In this document: piece after piece, positions 6,800-16,085 of the stretch
Layout of the letters: each line of letters begins with the position of its first letter
How positions within the stretch are numbered: position 1 is the first letter of the stretch
DNA from: Tomitella cavernea
GTDB taxonomy: Bacteria > Actinomycetota > Actinomycetes > Mycobacteriales > Mycobacteriaceae
Direction: 5' to 3'
Assembly (NCBI RefSeq): GCF_016599145.1
Contig: NZ_JAENKO010000009.1
Location: 56,114 to 80,113 of the forward strand
DNA length: 24,000 nt
Notes under the pieces: generated by a model
What the model was told of the DNA's origin: nothing
The model's database searches: none
Seen by the model: only the letters and a program-made list of their open reading frames with translations
Program-made: the position numbers and the translations under genes

Positions 6800-9738
6800 C
6801 GCCCGCACAGCCCGCGGCCGTCCCCCCCGGGCTGCACGCGCGGTGGGAGGAAGGCGCGGGACTGCTCGTGTGGAGCGCCGAGCCGGGGCGCGTGCGGTTC
6901 CTCGCGCGCGCACTGGGGCGCCGTTCGCCGCGCCACCGTGTGCGGATGCCGTGGCAGGAGGAGGCCGGGTCCGGCTACGAGGCGCTCGGCTTCGCGCCCG
7001 CAGCGGCCGCGGACTTCCTCACTGCGCTCGGGACGGAGTCTGCTCCGGTGCGCCCCGCGGAGACGGGGGAGGACCTGGGGTATCTGGCCGCGGTGGTGGC
7101 CGGGATCGACCGGTGGGCGGCCGCGGGCCAGGTGGTGGCGGACCTGCGGCGGGTCGACGACGAATGGTGGCCCCGGTGGGCGCTGGAGTGGGGTGCGGCA
7201 CAGCGGGCCTGGCGTGCGCAGTGGGCCGCCGCCATGCCGTCGGCCGTGCAAGGACCGGGCGCCGAGCCGGCCTCGGCGTTCGACGACTTCACCGCGGCGA
7301 TGACGGACGCGGTGGTGCGTCGCCGCCTCGCGGCCGGCGGGGAGCCGCCGGATCCGCCGTCGCACCCGCTGCTGGCGGCGCTCGTGGCGGGTGATCCGGT
7401 GGCAGAGCACGGGGCCGCCGCGGCCGGCCGGGTCGCGGCATGGCAGGAGGGGGCGCGCTCCGGCGGATTGCAGCTGGTGCTGCGGCTGCTCGAGCCCGCG
7501 GAGGCCGCCGACGTCGCGGGTGACCACGGCGCGGGGGACTGCAGCGCCGGCGACTTCGGCACCGTCCCGTCGGCCCCCGGCTGCGGGGAGCGTGCATCGG
7601 CCGTCGACGGGGGCGACCTCTGGCGCCTCCAGGTCTGTGTGCGCAGCGAGGACCGGGCCCCGGTGCCACTGTCGTTGACGCAGGCGGATCGCGAGTCGGT
7701 GCGGGTGTGCATCGGCGCGCTGGAGGAGGCGATGCGCGTATACCCGTTGCTGCGCGAGCTTCCCCGGGACCGGGATTCGCTGGACATGCTCATGCCGGAG
7801 GCCGCCGTCTCGGACCTGGTGCAGCACGGAGCACAGGCGTTGTCCTCCGCGTCGATCACGGTGCTGCTCCCGCGGGCGTGGCGGGTGGTCGAGCCCACGG
7901 TGCGGGTCCGGGTGTCGTCGCCGGACGTGCCCGCCGCGCCCGGCGAGGCACGGACTGGACTGGACCACCTGGTCGAATTCGACATGGAGGTGGCGCTGGG
8001 CGACACGGTGCTGCGGCCCGGCGAGCTCGACGAACTGGCGCGCCGGAATTCCGACCTGGTCAAGCTGCGCGGTGAATGGGTGCGGGCGGACGGCGCGGCG
8101 CTGCATGACGCCGCGCGCTACCTGTCCGCCCGGCGGGCGGATCCCGCGACGCTCGCCGCGCTGCTGCGCACTCTGGCCACGGACCCGCCGCCGGTGCCGC
8201 TCGGCGCTGTCTCCGCGACAGGGTGGGTCAAGGCTCTCTTCGGCGAGGAGTCCGCGGCGGACCGGGCGGTGCCGGCGCCGGCCGGCCTGGCGGCGCAGCT
8301 GCGCGACTATCAGCTGCGCGGGCTCGCGTGGATGTCGTACATGGCCGACCTGGGACTGGGTGGGATGCTCGCCGACGACATGGGGCTCGGCAAGACCGTC
8401 CAGGTGCTTGCGCTGGAAGTGCGCGCACGGGAGCGCGGGGCGCACCGCCCCACTTTGGTGGTCTGCCCGATGTCCGTGGTCGGCAACTGGGAACGTGAGG
8501 CGGCGCGTTTCGCGCCCGGTCTGCGGGTCCACGTGCACCACGGGGCCGCGCGCCCGCGCGGCGACGACCTGGCCGCGCGCCTCGACGCGTCGGACCTGGT
8601 GCTCACCACCTATGCGCTTCTCGCGCGGGATGTCGAGGAGCTGCGCGCGTTGCGGTTCGAGCGGGTGGTGCTCGACGAGGCCCAGCACATCAAGAACGAG
8701 CGCACTGCGCAGGCGCGGGCCGCGCGTAAACTCCAGGCGCGTCATCGGCTGGCGCTGACGGGTACGCCCGTCGAGAACCGGCTCTCCGAGCTGCGGGCGA
8801 TCCTGGACTTCGTCAACCCCGGGATGCTCGGGAGCGCGGCCAAGTTCCGCGCCGCGTTCACGGTGCCGATAGAGACCGAACGCGACCCGCACGCCCTCGC
8901 CCGGCTGCGCGCGGTGACGGCGCCGTTCGTGCTCCGGCGCGTCAAAACGGACCGCGCCGTCGTCGCCGACCTGCCGGACAAACAGGAGATGACGGTACGC
9001 GTGAACCTGACGGCGGAGCAGGCGACGCTCTATCGGGCGGTGCTCGACGACCTGGAGGAGAAGCTGGACGGCGCGCAGGGGATGGCGCGCCGCGGCGCGG
9101 TGCTCACGGCGTTGCTGCACCTCAAACAGGTGTGCAATCATCCCGCGCACTATCTGGGCGACGGATCCGCGCTGATGCGGCACGGCAGACATCGCAGCGG
9201 CAAGCTGGCCCTGGTGGAGGATGTCGTGGGCGATGTGCTGGCGGACGGTGAAAAGATCCTGCTCTTCACGCAATTCCGCGAGTTCGCCATGATGGTGGGC
9301 CCATGGCTCGCCGACCGCTTCGGTCTCGACGAGGTGCCGGTACTGCACGGCGGCGTCGCCCGCGGGGCCCGGGAAGGCATGATCGCCGCGTTCCAGGCCT
9401 CCGGTGGCCCGCAGGTGATGGTGCTCTCGCTCAAAGCGGGCGGCACCGGGCTCAATCTCACTGCGGCCAACCACGTCGTGCATCTGGACCGGTGGTGGAA
9501 TCCGGCGGTGGAGGATCAGGCCACCGACAGGGCGTTCCGCATCGGGCAGACCCGCGACGTGCAGGTGCGCAAGCTGGTGGCGGTCGGAACGCTGGAAGAA
9601 CGCATCGACGAGCTCCTGGCGGGCAAGAGCGAGCTGGCCGAACTGAGCGTGCGCGGCGGCGAGTCGTGGGTCACCGAGCTCGACGACAAGGCGTTGCACA
9701 TACTGGTGGCACTGGGTGAGGAGGCGCAGGGGGAATGA
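6796..9738 (+). CDS. helZ: SNF2/RAD54-family ATPase (HelZ-like) with a ~490-aa N-terminal SNF2-associated domain of unknown function (980 aa)
   Basis: SNF2 motifs: LRDYQLRGLAWM, LADDMGLGKTVQ (I), VLDEAQHIKN (II), LTGTPVENRL (III), SLKAGGTGLNLTAANHVVHLDRWWNPAVEDQATDRAFRIGQ (V-VI). N- and C-termini parallel the remembered M. tuberculosis HelZ (Rv2101): LHARWEEGAGLLVW vs LHGFWSNSGGMRLW, and the tail GESWVTELDDKAL. GTG start 6796 overlaps the upstream stop (GTGA). Confidence 0.9.
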   Translation: MTPAQPAAVPPGLHARWEEGAGLLVWSAEPGRVRFLARALGRRSPRHRVRMPWQEEAGSGYEALGFAPAAAADFLTALGTESAPVRPAETGEDLGYLAAVVAGIDRWAAAGQVVADLRRVDDEWWPRWALEWGAAQRAWRAQWAAAMPSAVQGPGAEPASAFDDFTAAMTDAVVRRRLAAGGEPPDPPSHPLLAALVAGDPVAEHGAAAAGRVAAWQEGARSGGLQLVLRLLEPAEAADVAGDHGAGDCSAGDFGTVPSAPGCGERASAVDGGDLWRLQVCVRSEDRAPVPLSLTQADRESVRVCIGALEEAMRVYPLLRELPRDRDSLDMLMPEAAVSDLVQHGAQALSSASITVLLPRAWRVVEPTVRVRVSSPDVPAAPGEARTGLDHLVEFDMEVALGDTVLRPGELDELARRNSDLVKLRGEWVRADGAALHDAARYLSARRADPATLAALLRTLATDPPPVPLGAVSATGWVKALFGEESAADRAVPAPAGLAAQLRDYQLRGLAWMSYMADLGLGGMLADDMGLGKTVQVLALEVRARERGAHRPTLVVCPMSVVGNWEREAARFAPGLRVHVHHGAARPRGDDLAARLDASDLVLTTYALLARDVEELRALRFERVVLDEAQHIKNERTAQARAARKLQARHRLALTGTPVENRLSELRAILDFVNPGMLGSAAKFRAAFTVPIETERDPHALARLRAVTAPFVLRRVKTDRAVVADLPDKQEMTVRVNLTAEQATLYRAVLDDLEEKLDGAQGMARRGAVLTALLHLKQVCNHPAHYLGDGSALMRHGRHRSGKLALVEDVVGDVLADGEKILLFTQFREFAMMVGPWLADRFGLDEVPVLHGGVARGAREGMIAAFQASGGPQVMVLSLKAGGTGLNLTAANHVVHLDRWWNPAVEDQATDRAFRIGQTRDVQVRKLVAVGTLEERIDELLAGKSELAELSVRGGESWVTELDDKALHILVALGEEAQGE

Positions 9739-10481
9739 GCTCACGTCGCACATCTCCGCGCGGACCGGGACTGGTGCTGCGCTTCGCCGACGGCGGCACA
9801 GGCTGGGGCGGGCGGCTTGCACGCGTGCTCGAGCGCATCATCGAGGCCGACGCCTTGCGCAGTGGCCGCCGGGTGGCGCGCTCGGGCCAGGTGCTCTCGC
9901 TGCGGGTCACCCCCGGTGCCGTGCGGGGTGTGGTGCAGGGCTCGCAACCGGACCCGTTCGAGACGGTGTGCGCAGTACGGGAGCTGGACGGCTACGACCG
10001 CGCGGAGATCGTCGCGCAGGTGCGTGCGGAGCCGGGTATCCTCACCGCTCTGGCGTCGGGGGAGGTGCCGGAGTCGCTGGCGGAAAGGCTGCTGCCGGCG
10101 GATTCCGCGGACCTCGACTTCGACTGCACCTGCCCCGACTACAGCTGGCCATGCAAACACGGCGCGGCACTGCTGCTGCTCACCGCGCAAGAGGTCGGTG
10201 TGCGTCCGTTGCAGATCCTCGCCTGGCGCGGACTGGCGGTGGATTCGCTGGTCGAAGCGGTCGCCACGGCGACGGACGAGGAGCCCGCCCGCGTCGGCGG
10301 CGACCCGTTCGCGGTGCGCGGAAGCCTGCCGCCGATGCCGGGACCCGATGCGGGCGCCGGGCCCGCGATCGACCGGCTGGACACTTCGCGTCTGCGTGCC
10401 GTTCTGCGCTTGTGGGATCCGGACACGTCGCACGCCGAACGGGACCTGCGCGGGCTGTACCGGAGGTTCATGGCCGACTGA
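9735..10481 (+). CDS. SWIM zinc-finger protein (248 aa), partner of the SNF2 ATPase (Rv2102-like)
   Basis: SWIM signature CxCx(n)CxH seen as DFDCTCPDYSWPCKHGAALLLL. ATG 9735 overlaps the helZ stop (ATGA). Confidence 0.85.
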   Translation: MSSRRTSPRGPGLVLRFADGGTGWGGRLARVLERIIEADALRSGRRVARSGQVLSLRVTPGAVRGVVQGSQPDPFETVCAVRELDGYDRAEIVAQVRAEPGILTALASGEVPESLAERLLPADSADLDFDCTCPDYSWPCKHGAALLLLTAQEVGVRPLQILAWRGLAVDSLVEAVATATDEEPARVGGDPFAVRGSLPPMPGPDAGAGPAIDRLDTSRLRAVLRLWDPDTSHAERDLRGLYRRFMAD

Positions 10482-10680
10482 GGGCTACCGGGGTGCTGTC
10501 GCGCTTGTCGGGACGGCCGTTCCGGTATGTGGGACCCTGCCTGCTCGTTCGGCGTGGGGTTGTGGTCACAATGGCATGAGCGGATGCGGGCGAAGCACCC
10601 GGATCCCGGCACTCGGCTTCGGGAACCCGGCAGCGTGAGGCCCTTCGACGAGGCCCGGAACGGGGCGATGAGGACACGAG

Positions 10681-11775
10681 GTGGCGTTGATGCAGGCAGG
10701 GCAGGATACAAACGCAGGCGCAGGCCAGGACCCGGTGCGTGAGGACGGCCCTCGACAGGCCGGGGGCGCGGACACCGGGGCGGTGGACCTGGGCGACGGG
10801 GTGTGGCAGCTCGCGGTCCCGTTCCCGAATCCGCTCAAGGCCACCCTGGTCTATGCGATGGAATCGCCCGGCGGCCTGATCCTGGTGGACGCGGGCTGGG
10901 ACGGCGAACAGTCGTGGGCGGGGCTCACCTCGGCCGTCGAGGCGACCGGCCACGCCATGGCCGACATCGAGGGCGTCGTCCTCACACACTTCCACCCGGA
11001 CCACACGGGGCTGTGTGGCCGGGTGCGGGAGGCGTCGGGCGCATGGATTGCGATGCACGACAGCGACTTCCACACATTCGACCTGATGACCGGAAGCCGC
11101 GACGCGGCCTGGCTGGACGAGCAGACGGCGAACCTGCGGGCGGCCGGCGCGTCGGAGGAGGACCTCGCCGCGTTCCGGGAGGGCTCGGAGATGACGCCGC
11201 CCACCACACGCGCGTCCCGGCCGGATCGGCTGCTGGCGGACGACGAGAAGATCCCGCTGGCGGGCAGGACGCTGCGCACCGTGTGGACCCCCGGCCACAC
11301 CCCCGGGCACGTGTGCTTCGCCCTCGACTCCGCCGACATGGTGTTCACCGGGGATCACGTCCTGCAGAAGACGACGCCGCACGTGGGCAACTTCGTCTTC
11401 CCCCTCGAAGAACGCGACGCGCTGGACGAGTTCATGCAGTCGCAGCGCAGGATCGCGGCGATGGGGATCACCCGCGCATTCGGCGCGCACGGGACCCCGA
11501 TCGCCGATCTGGCCGGACGTTCCGCGCAGCTGCTCGCGCATCACGAGGAGCGGCTGGACGACCTGTGCCGCGATCTCGAGAACGGCGCGCTGACGTTGTG
11601 GCAGATCGCTGCGCGGATGCAGTGGTACCGGCCATGGAACGAGCTTCCGGTGATGGGCAAGCAGATGGCGCTCTCCGAGGCCGCGGCACACCTGCGGTAC
11701 CTCGTCGGAGACGGGCGCGTCGTGCAGCTGCCGGCATCCGACCCGGTCCGGTTCGCGATCGCCGGCGGGGCTTGA
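10681..11775 (+). CDS. MBL-fold metallo-hydrolase (about 361-364 aa) with a C-terminal helical extension
   Basis: HxHxDH motif (VVLTHFHPDHTG), with downstream His/Asp ligand candidates (WTPGHTPGH, FTGDH, AHG). The start is ambiguous: GTG 10681, TTG 10687 or ATG 10690, with ACGAGG just upstream. Confidence 0.8.
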   Translation: MALMQAGQDTNAGAGQDPVREDGPRQAGGADTGAVDLGDGVWQLAVPFPNPLKATLVYAMESPGGLILVDAGWDGEQSWAGLTSAVEATGHAMADIEGVVLTHFHPDHTGLCGRVREASGAWIAMHDSDFHTFDLMTGSRDAAWLDEQTANLRAAGASEEDLAAFREGSEMTPPTTRASRPDRLLADDEKIPLAGRTLRTVWTPGHTPGHVCFALDSADMVFTGDHVLQKTTPHVGNFVFPLEERDALDEFMQSQRRIAAMGITRAFGAHGTPIADLAGRSAQLLAHHEERLDDLCRDLENGALTLWQIAARMQWYRPWNELPVMGKQMALSEAAAHLRYLVGDGRVVQLPASDPVRFAIAGGA

Positions 11776-11786
11776 TCCAGACCGCC

Positions 11787-12617
11787 TCACCCGTCCTGCG
11801 TGACAGCCCCCGCGGCAGCACCCTCGCTGTCCGCGGGGGCTGCACCGCCGGGGACCTTCCGGGGGCGGCAGTGCGTCGCGCCGGTGCCGGCCGGGACGGG
11901 TGGGACCGGGCGGGGTGCGCGCGGCGCAACGACCTCGCCGGGCCCGGCGAGAGCCGGATGCCGACGGAGTACGCGGGGGATCGCCGCGTTCCAGACTCCG
12001 CAGAACGCGACGATCGCCGCCGACGCGGCGAACACCGCGCCGACCGTGTCGGTGAGATAGTGGGCGCCCGCGATGACGCGGGCGAACATCACCAGCAGCA
12101 CCAGCAGCACGCCCGCAGTCGCGATGGTGTCGCGCCGATCGGTGCGCCGGGCCAGGAAGAACGCGGCGAAGACGACGGACACGGCGAGCGCGGTGTGGCC
12201 GCTGGGATATGAGGGCCCGTCGGCCGCGTCGAAGAGCGGGCGCGGGCGGTCGAAGACGTACTTGAGCACCATTACGCCCCCCCACCCGACGCTGACGGTG
12301 AGGACGGTGGCCAGCGCCGCGAGCCTTCGGCCGCGCAGGACGAGGGCAGCGGCCCACACGCAGAGCACAGCCAGACCTGTGACGGACGAGAATCCGACAG
12401 CGACGATCGACACCGAAGTGTGGACCCACCCCGAGTCCAGCGCGTGCAGACCGCCGGAGATGGCGTCGTCGCGGGCGGTGAGCGCGTCGGTCTCCGTGAC
12501 GACGACGCCGAGGACGAGCGCGGCGGCCAGCAGGGCCAGGGCGACCGCCGGCCACGCGCGGACCTTCGGCAGAGAGCAGATGCTGCGGGTATCTACTGGC
12601 ACACGACGATTCTGCAC
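11787..12617 (-). CDS. PAP2-family (type 2 phosphatidic acid/lipid phosphate) phosphatase, integral membrane (276 aa)
   Basis: Tripartite PAP2 signature: KYVFDRPRP, YPSGH, ARVIAGAHYLTD. Several hydrophobic helices and a Pro-rich C-terminal tail. The GTG start at 12615-12617 has no convincing RBS, so the start is uncertain. Confidence 0.75.
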   Translation of the reverse strand: MQNRRVPVDTRSICSLPKVRAWPAVALALLAAALVLGVVVTETDALTARDDAISGGLHALDSGWVHTSVSIVAVGFSSVTGLAVLCVWAAALVLRGRRLAALATVLTVSVGWGGVMVLKYVFDRPRPLFDAADGPSYPSGHTALAVSVVFAAFFLARRTDRRDTIATAGVLLVLLVMFARVIAGAHYLTDTVGAVFAASAAIVAFCGVWNAAIPRVLRRHPALAGPGEVVAPRAPRPVPPVPAGTGATHCRPRKVPGGAAPADSEGAAAGAVTQDG

Positions 12618-12669
12618 GTTCTCGCGCGTCGGAGTCGGCCGGCGGGGGTGGGCCGCACGCCGGGGTGGG

Positions 12670-12713
12670 AAAAGAGAACGGGCCGGGAAGACATTGGCTG
12701 TCCCTCCGGCCCG
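12670..12713 (-). terminator. Intrinsic terminator downstream of tRNA-Arg
   Basis: On the minus strand: 8-bp GC stem CGGGCCGG (12713-12706) / CCGGCCCG (12686-12679) with a 19-nt loop, immediately followed by UUCUCUUUU (12678-12670). It lies 49 nt after the tRNA 3' end. Confidence 0.5.
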
Positions 12714-12761
12714 GTCGCGGGTTCGGCGTGGTGCGCACTATGGAGCGCATAGCCGCCAAGG

Positions 12762-12833
12762 TGCCCCCGGCAGGATTCGAACCTGCGCACCCGCCTCCGG
12801 AGGGCGGTGCTCTATCCCCTGAGCTACGGGGGC
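12762..12833 (-). tRNA. tRNA-Arg (anticodon CCG), 72 nt, CCA not fully encoded (genome reads ACCU)
   Basis: Hand-folded cloverleaf: acceptor GCCCCCG/CGGGGGC (7 perfect bp); D arm GCUC-AGGGGAUA-GAGC; anticodon arm CCGCC-CUCCGGA-GGCGG, giving anticodon CCG; 4-nt variable loop; T arm GCAGG-UUCGAAU-CCUGC; discriminator A. Confidence 0.92.
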
Positions 12834-13017
12834 GCGCCGACGAGAAGTCAGGCGTGCCGTTCGGCAGGAACGACACTAGCGCATCGCCTGCCGGATCCGA
12901 AAACCGGCGGGCCGACGGGGCGTGCTGCGGTGCGGTCGTGCCGGGCGCGGGCGGCGCTGCGATGCGGAACGGTGGCGGATGCCGCACCGCGGCGGCCAGG
13001 CAATAGGATGGGTGCCT

Positions 13018-14670
13018 GTGACTCCCGCCGATCTCGCAGAACTCGTCCGCGCCACCACGCTGAAGGTCCTCGCCGCCGCCGGCCTGGACGTGTCCGTCGT
13101 CCCCGAGACCCTGTCGGTGGAGCGTCCCCGCAATCCGGAGCATGGCGACTACGCCAGCAACATCGCCATGCAGATCGCCAAGAAGGTCGGCCGCCCGCCG
13201 CGTGCGCTGGCCGAGTCGATCGTCGCGGAACTCGGCGCCGCCGACGGGATCGCAGCAGCCGAGATCGCCGGGCCCGGGTTCATCAACATCCGGCTCGGGG
13301 CCGCCGCGCAGGGTGCGATCGTGGAGCGCGTGCTCGAGCAGCAGGCCGACTATGGCACGGACCGTGCACTGGCGGGCAGCCGGATCAATCTGGAGTTCGT
13401 CTCGGCCAACCCCACCGGTCCGATCCACCTCGGCGGTACCCGGTGGGCTGCGGTGGGCGACGCCCTCGGACGCGTTCTCGCCGCCCAGGGGGCCGAGGTC
13501 ACCCGCGAATACTACTTCAACGACCACGGTTCGCAGATCGACCGGTTCACCGATTCGCTCGTCGCGGCGGCCACCGGCGCGCCGACGCCCGAAAACGGCT
13601 ACGCAGGGCAGTACATCTCCCAGATCGCGGGCGATGTGCTCGAGCGCCGCCCCGACGCGCTGGGGCTACCGGAAGCGGAACGGGCCGAGGTGTTCCGCAC
13701 GATCGGCGTCGAGCTGATGTTCGCGCACATCAAGCGCACCTTGTCGGAGTTCGGCACGCAGTTCGACGTCTTCTTCCATGAGAACTCGCTGTTCGAATCG
13801 GGAGCCGTGGATCGCTCGGTCGGGGAACTGAAGGAGTCCGGGAACCTCTACGAGGCGGACGGCGCCTGGTGGCTGCGCAGCAGCTACTTCGGCGACGACA
13901 AGGACCGCGTCGTCATCAAAAGCGACGGCCATGCGGCCTACATCGCCGGTGACATCGCCTACCTGCGGGACAAGCGGGCCCGCGGATTCGACCTGTGCAT
14001 CTACATGCTCGGCGCCGATCATCACGGATACGTCGGCCGGCTCAAGGCGGTGGCCGCGGCGTTCGGCGACGACCCGTCGACGGTCGAAGTGCTGATCGGC
14101 CAGATGGTCAACCTCGTCCGTGACGGCGCGGCGGTGAAGATGAGCAAGCGCGCGGGCACGGTGATCACGCTTGACGACCTCGTCGAGGCCATCGGCGTCG
14201 ACGCGGCCCGCTACGCGCTCATCCGCTCGTCCGTCGACCAATCCATCGACATCGACCTGGAGCTGTGGGCGAGCAGTAGCAGCGACAATCCGGTCTACTA
14301 CGTGCAGTATGCGCACGCGCGCCTGTGCTCGCTGGCGCGCAATGCGGCCGACCTCGGCGTCACCGCGGACGGTGCGCGGCCGGGCCTGCTCGACCATCCC
14401 CGCGAAGGCGACCTGATCCGCACGATCGGCGAGTTCCCGCGCGTGGTCGCCACCGCCGCGGAGCTGCGTGAGCCGCACCGCGTGGCGCGCTATCTCGAGG
14501 AGCTGGCCGGCACCTACCACCGCTTCTACGACTCGTGCCGCGTGCTGCCGCGCGGCGACGAGGAGGCGACGGACGTGCACGCGGCCCGCCTGGCACTGTG
14601 CGGCGCGGCCCGGCAGGTGGTGGCCAACGGGCTCGGACTGCTCGGCGTGACGGCCCCGGAGAAGATGTGA
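13018..14670 (+). CDS. argS: Arginine--tRNA ligase (550 aa)
   Basis: Track ORF 12922..14670 trimmed to GTG 13018 (VTPADLAEL...), matching the remembered M. tuberculosis ArgS N-terminus MTPADLAEL and its 550-aa length. Class I motifs: [12 protein letters not shown] (HIGH-like) and VKMSKRAG (KMSKS). Confidence 0.95.
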   Translation: MTPADLAELVRATTLKVLAAAGLDVSVVPETLSVERPRNPEHGDYASNIAMQIAKKVGRPPRALAESIVAELGAADGIAAAEIAGPGFINIRLGAAAQGAIVERVLEQQADYGTDRALAGSRINLEFVSANPTGPIHLGGTRWAAVGDALGRVLAAQGAEVTREYYFNDHGSQIDRFTDSLVAAATGAPTPENGYAGQYISQIAGDVLERRPDALGLPEAERAEVFRTIGVELMFAHIKRTLSEFGTQFDVFFHENSLFESGAVDRSVGELKESGNLYEADGAWWLRSSYFGDDKDRVVIKSDGHAAYIAGDIAYLRDKRARGFDLCIYMLGADHHGYVGRLKAVAAAFGDDPSTVEVLIGQMVNLVRDGAAVKMSKRAGTVITLDDLVEAIGVDAARYALIRSSVDQSIDIDLELWASSSSDNPVYYVQYAHARLCSLARNAADLGVTADGARPGLLDHPREGDLIRTIGEFPRVVATAAELREPHRVARYLEELAGTYHRFYDSCRVLPRGDEEATDVHAARLALCGAARQVVANGLGLLGVTAPEKM

Positions 14671-14696
14671 ACGCGCACCCGGCCGGAGAGGGACAC

Positions 14697-16082
14697 GTGG
14701 AACCAGCACACGCGGACGGGCTGCCCGAACGTCCCCCGAACCCGGAGGAGGCCGCGCGGATTCCGGAGAAGGTATGGCCGCGCGGCTGCGCGCGCGGGGA
14801 GGACGGCGAGGTCCGGCTCGCGGGGGTCCCGGTGACGGGGCTCGCGGCCGAGTTCGGCACCCCGCTGTTCGTCGTCGATGAGGACGACTTCCGGGGCCGC
14901 TGCAGGGAGATGGCCTCGGCGTTCGGCGGTGCCGCGAATGTGCACTACGCATCGAAGGCGTTCCTGTCCGCGGAGATCGCCCGCTGGGTGGGCGACGAGG
15001 GGTTGTCGCTGGACGTCGCCTCCGGCGGCGAACTGGCCGTGGCCCTGCACGGAGGCTTTCCGGCGGACCGTATCGCCATGCACGGCAACAACAAATCCGT
15101 GCAGGAGCTTGCGCTGGCGGTCGAGGCCGGCGTCGGGCACATAGTCGTCGATTCGATGCAGGAGATCGCACGGCTCGACGACGTGGCGGCGCAGGCGGGC
15201 GTTGTGCAGGACGTACTGGTGCGCGTGACCGTGGGCGTGGAGGCGCATACGCACGAGTTCATCGCCACCGCCCATGAGGATCAGAAGTTCGGGTTCTCGC
15301 TGTCCTCGGGGGACGCGATGGCCGCAGTGCGTGCGGTGTTCGCGTCGGGGAGCCTCCGCCTGGTCGGGCTGCACAGCCACATCGGTTCGCAGATCTTCGA
15401 GATCGACGGGTTCGAGCTGGCCGCGCACCGGGTGATCGGGCTGCTCGGCAGGATCGTTGCGGAGTTCGGTGTGGAGCGCACCCGCGGGCTCGACACCGTC
15501 GACCTGGGCGGCGGCCTGGGCATCGCCTATACGCCGGCTGAGAACCCGCCGCCGGTGGCCGAGCTCGCCGCCAAGCTGACGGGGATCATCGCGTCGGAGG
15601 CCGCTGCGGCCGGCGTCCCCGCCCCTCGTCTCACCGTCGAGCCGGGCCGGGCGATCGCGGGGCCGGGTACGGTTACGCTGTACGAGGTCGGGACGGTCAA
15701 GCCGGTCACGGTCGGTTCCGGTCTGCAACGCCGCTACATCAGCGTCGACGGCGGCATGAGCGACAACATCCGCACCGCCCTGTACGACGCAGAGTACGAC
15801 GTGCGCCTGGTTTCGCGTGCTTCGACGGCCGAGTCCGCCGTCTCCCGGGTCGTGGGCAAACACTGCGAGTCCGGGGACGTCGTGGTGCGCAACGCGTGGC
15901 TGCCGGAGGACCTCACCCCCGGTGACCTGCTCGGTGTCGCGGCGACGGGCGCTTACTGTTATTCGATGTCCAGCCGGTACAACTTGATCACCCGCCCTGC
16001 GGTGGTGGCTGTACGCGGCGGTGCGGCGCGGCTGATCCTGCGCCGGGAAACCGTGGACGACCTGCTCAGCTTGGAGGTTTAA
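14697..16082 (+). CDS. lysA: Diaminopimelate decarboxylase (about 461 aa)
   Basis: PLP-dependent fold-III decarboxylase motifs ([23 protein letters not shown]), collinear with remembered M. tuberculosis LysA. Start chosen at GTG 14697, preceded by GGAGAGGGA. An alternative GTG at 14667 overlaps the argS stop (GTGA). Confidence 0.9.
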   Translation: MEPAHADGLPERPPNPEEAARIPEKVWPRGCARGEDGEVRLAGVPVTGLAAEFGTPLFVVDEDDFRGRCREMASAFGGAANVHYASKAFLSAEIARWVGDEGLSLDVASGGELAVALHGGFPADRIAMHGNNKSVQELALAVEAGVGHIVVDSMQEIARLDDVAAQAGVVQDVLVRVTVGVEAHTHEFIATAHEDQKFGFSLSSGDAMAAVRAVFASGSLRLVGLHSHIGSQIFEIDGFELAAHRVIGLLGRIVAEFGVERTRGLDTVDLGGGLGIAYTPAENPPPVAELAAKLTGIIASEAAAAGVPAPRLTVEPGRAIAGPGTVTLYEVGTVKPVTVGSGLQRRYISVDGGMSDNIRTALYDAEYDVRLVSRASTAESAVSRVVGKHCESGDVVVRNAWLPEDLTPGDLLGVAATGAYCYSMSSRYNLITRPAVVAVRGGAARLILRRETVDDLLSLEV

Positions 16083-16085
16083 CTG

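Noticed and set aside
6730-9822. 1030-aa ORF on the minus strand, antisense to the whole SNF2 gene
   Set aside because: Typical high-GC antisense shadow. The composition is R/P/G/H-rich with no recognisable motifs. The plus strand carries a complete set of SNF2 motifs in order. The ORF also spans two plus-strand gene junctions.
10482-12761. Possible genomic island integrated at the 3' end of tRNA-Arg
   Set aside because: There is no integrase or recombinase gene and no visible direct repeat of the tRNA 3' half downstream. The composition is indistinguishable by eye from the neighbours. The adjacent genes are ordinary metabolic and membrane enzymes.
12834-13017. T-box or other riboswitch upstream of argS, and a lysine riboswitch upstream of lysA
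   Set aside because: I could not recognise a T-box consensus, specifier loop or L-box architecture. lysA starts within 30 nt of, or overlapping, the argS stop, which leaves no room for a leader.
10468-13527. 1019-aa ORF on the minus strand
   Set aside because: It runs through an MBL gene (antisense), a PAP2 gene (out of frame), a tRNA, an intergenic region and the start of argS. The translation is low-complexity and R/P/G-rich. It is a GC-bias artefact.
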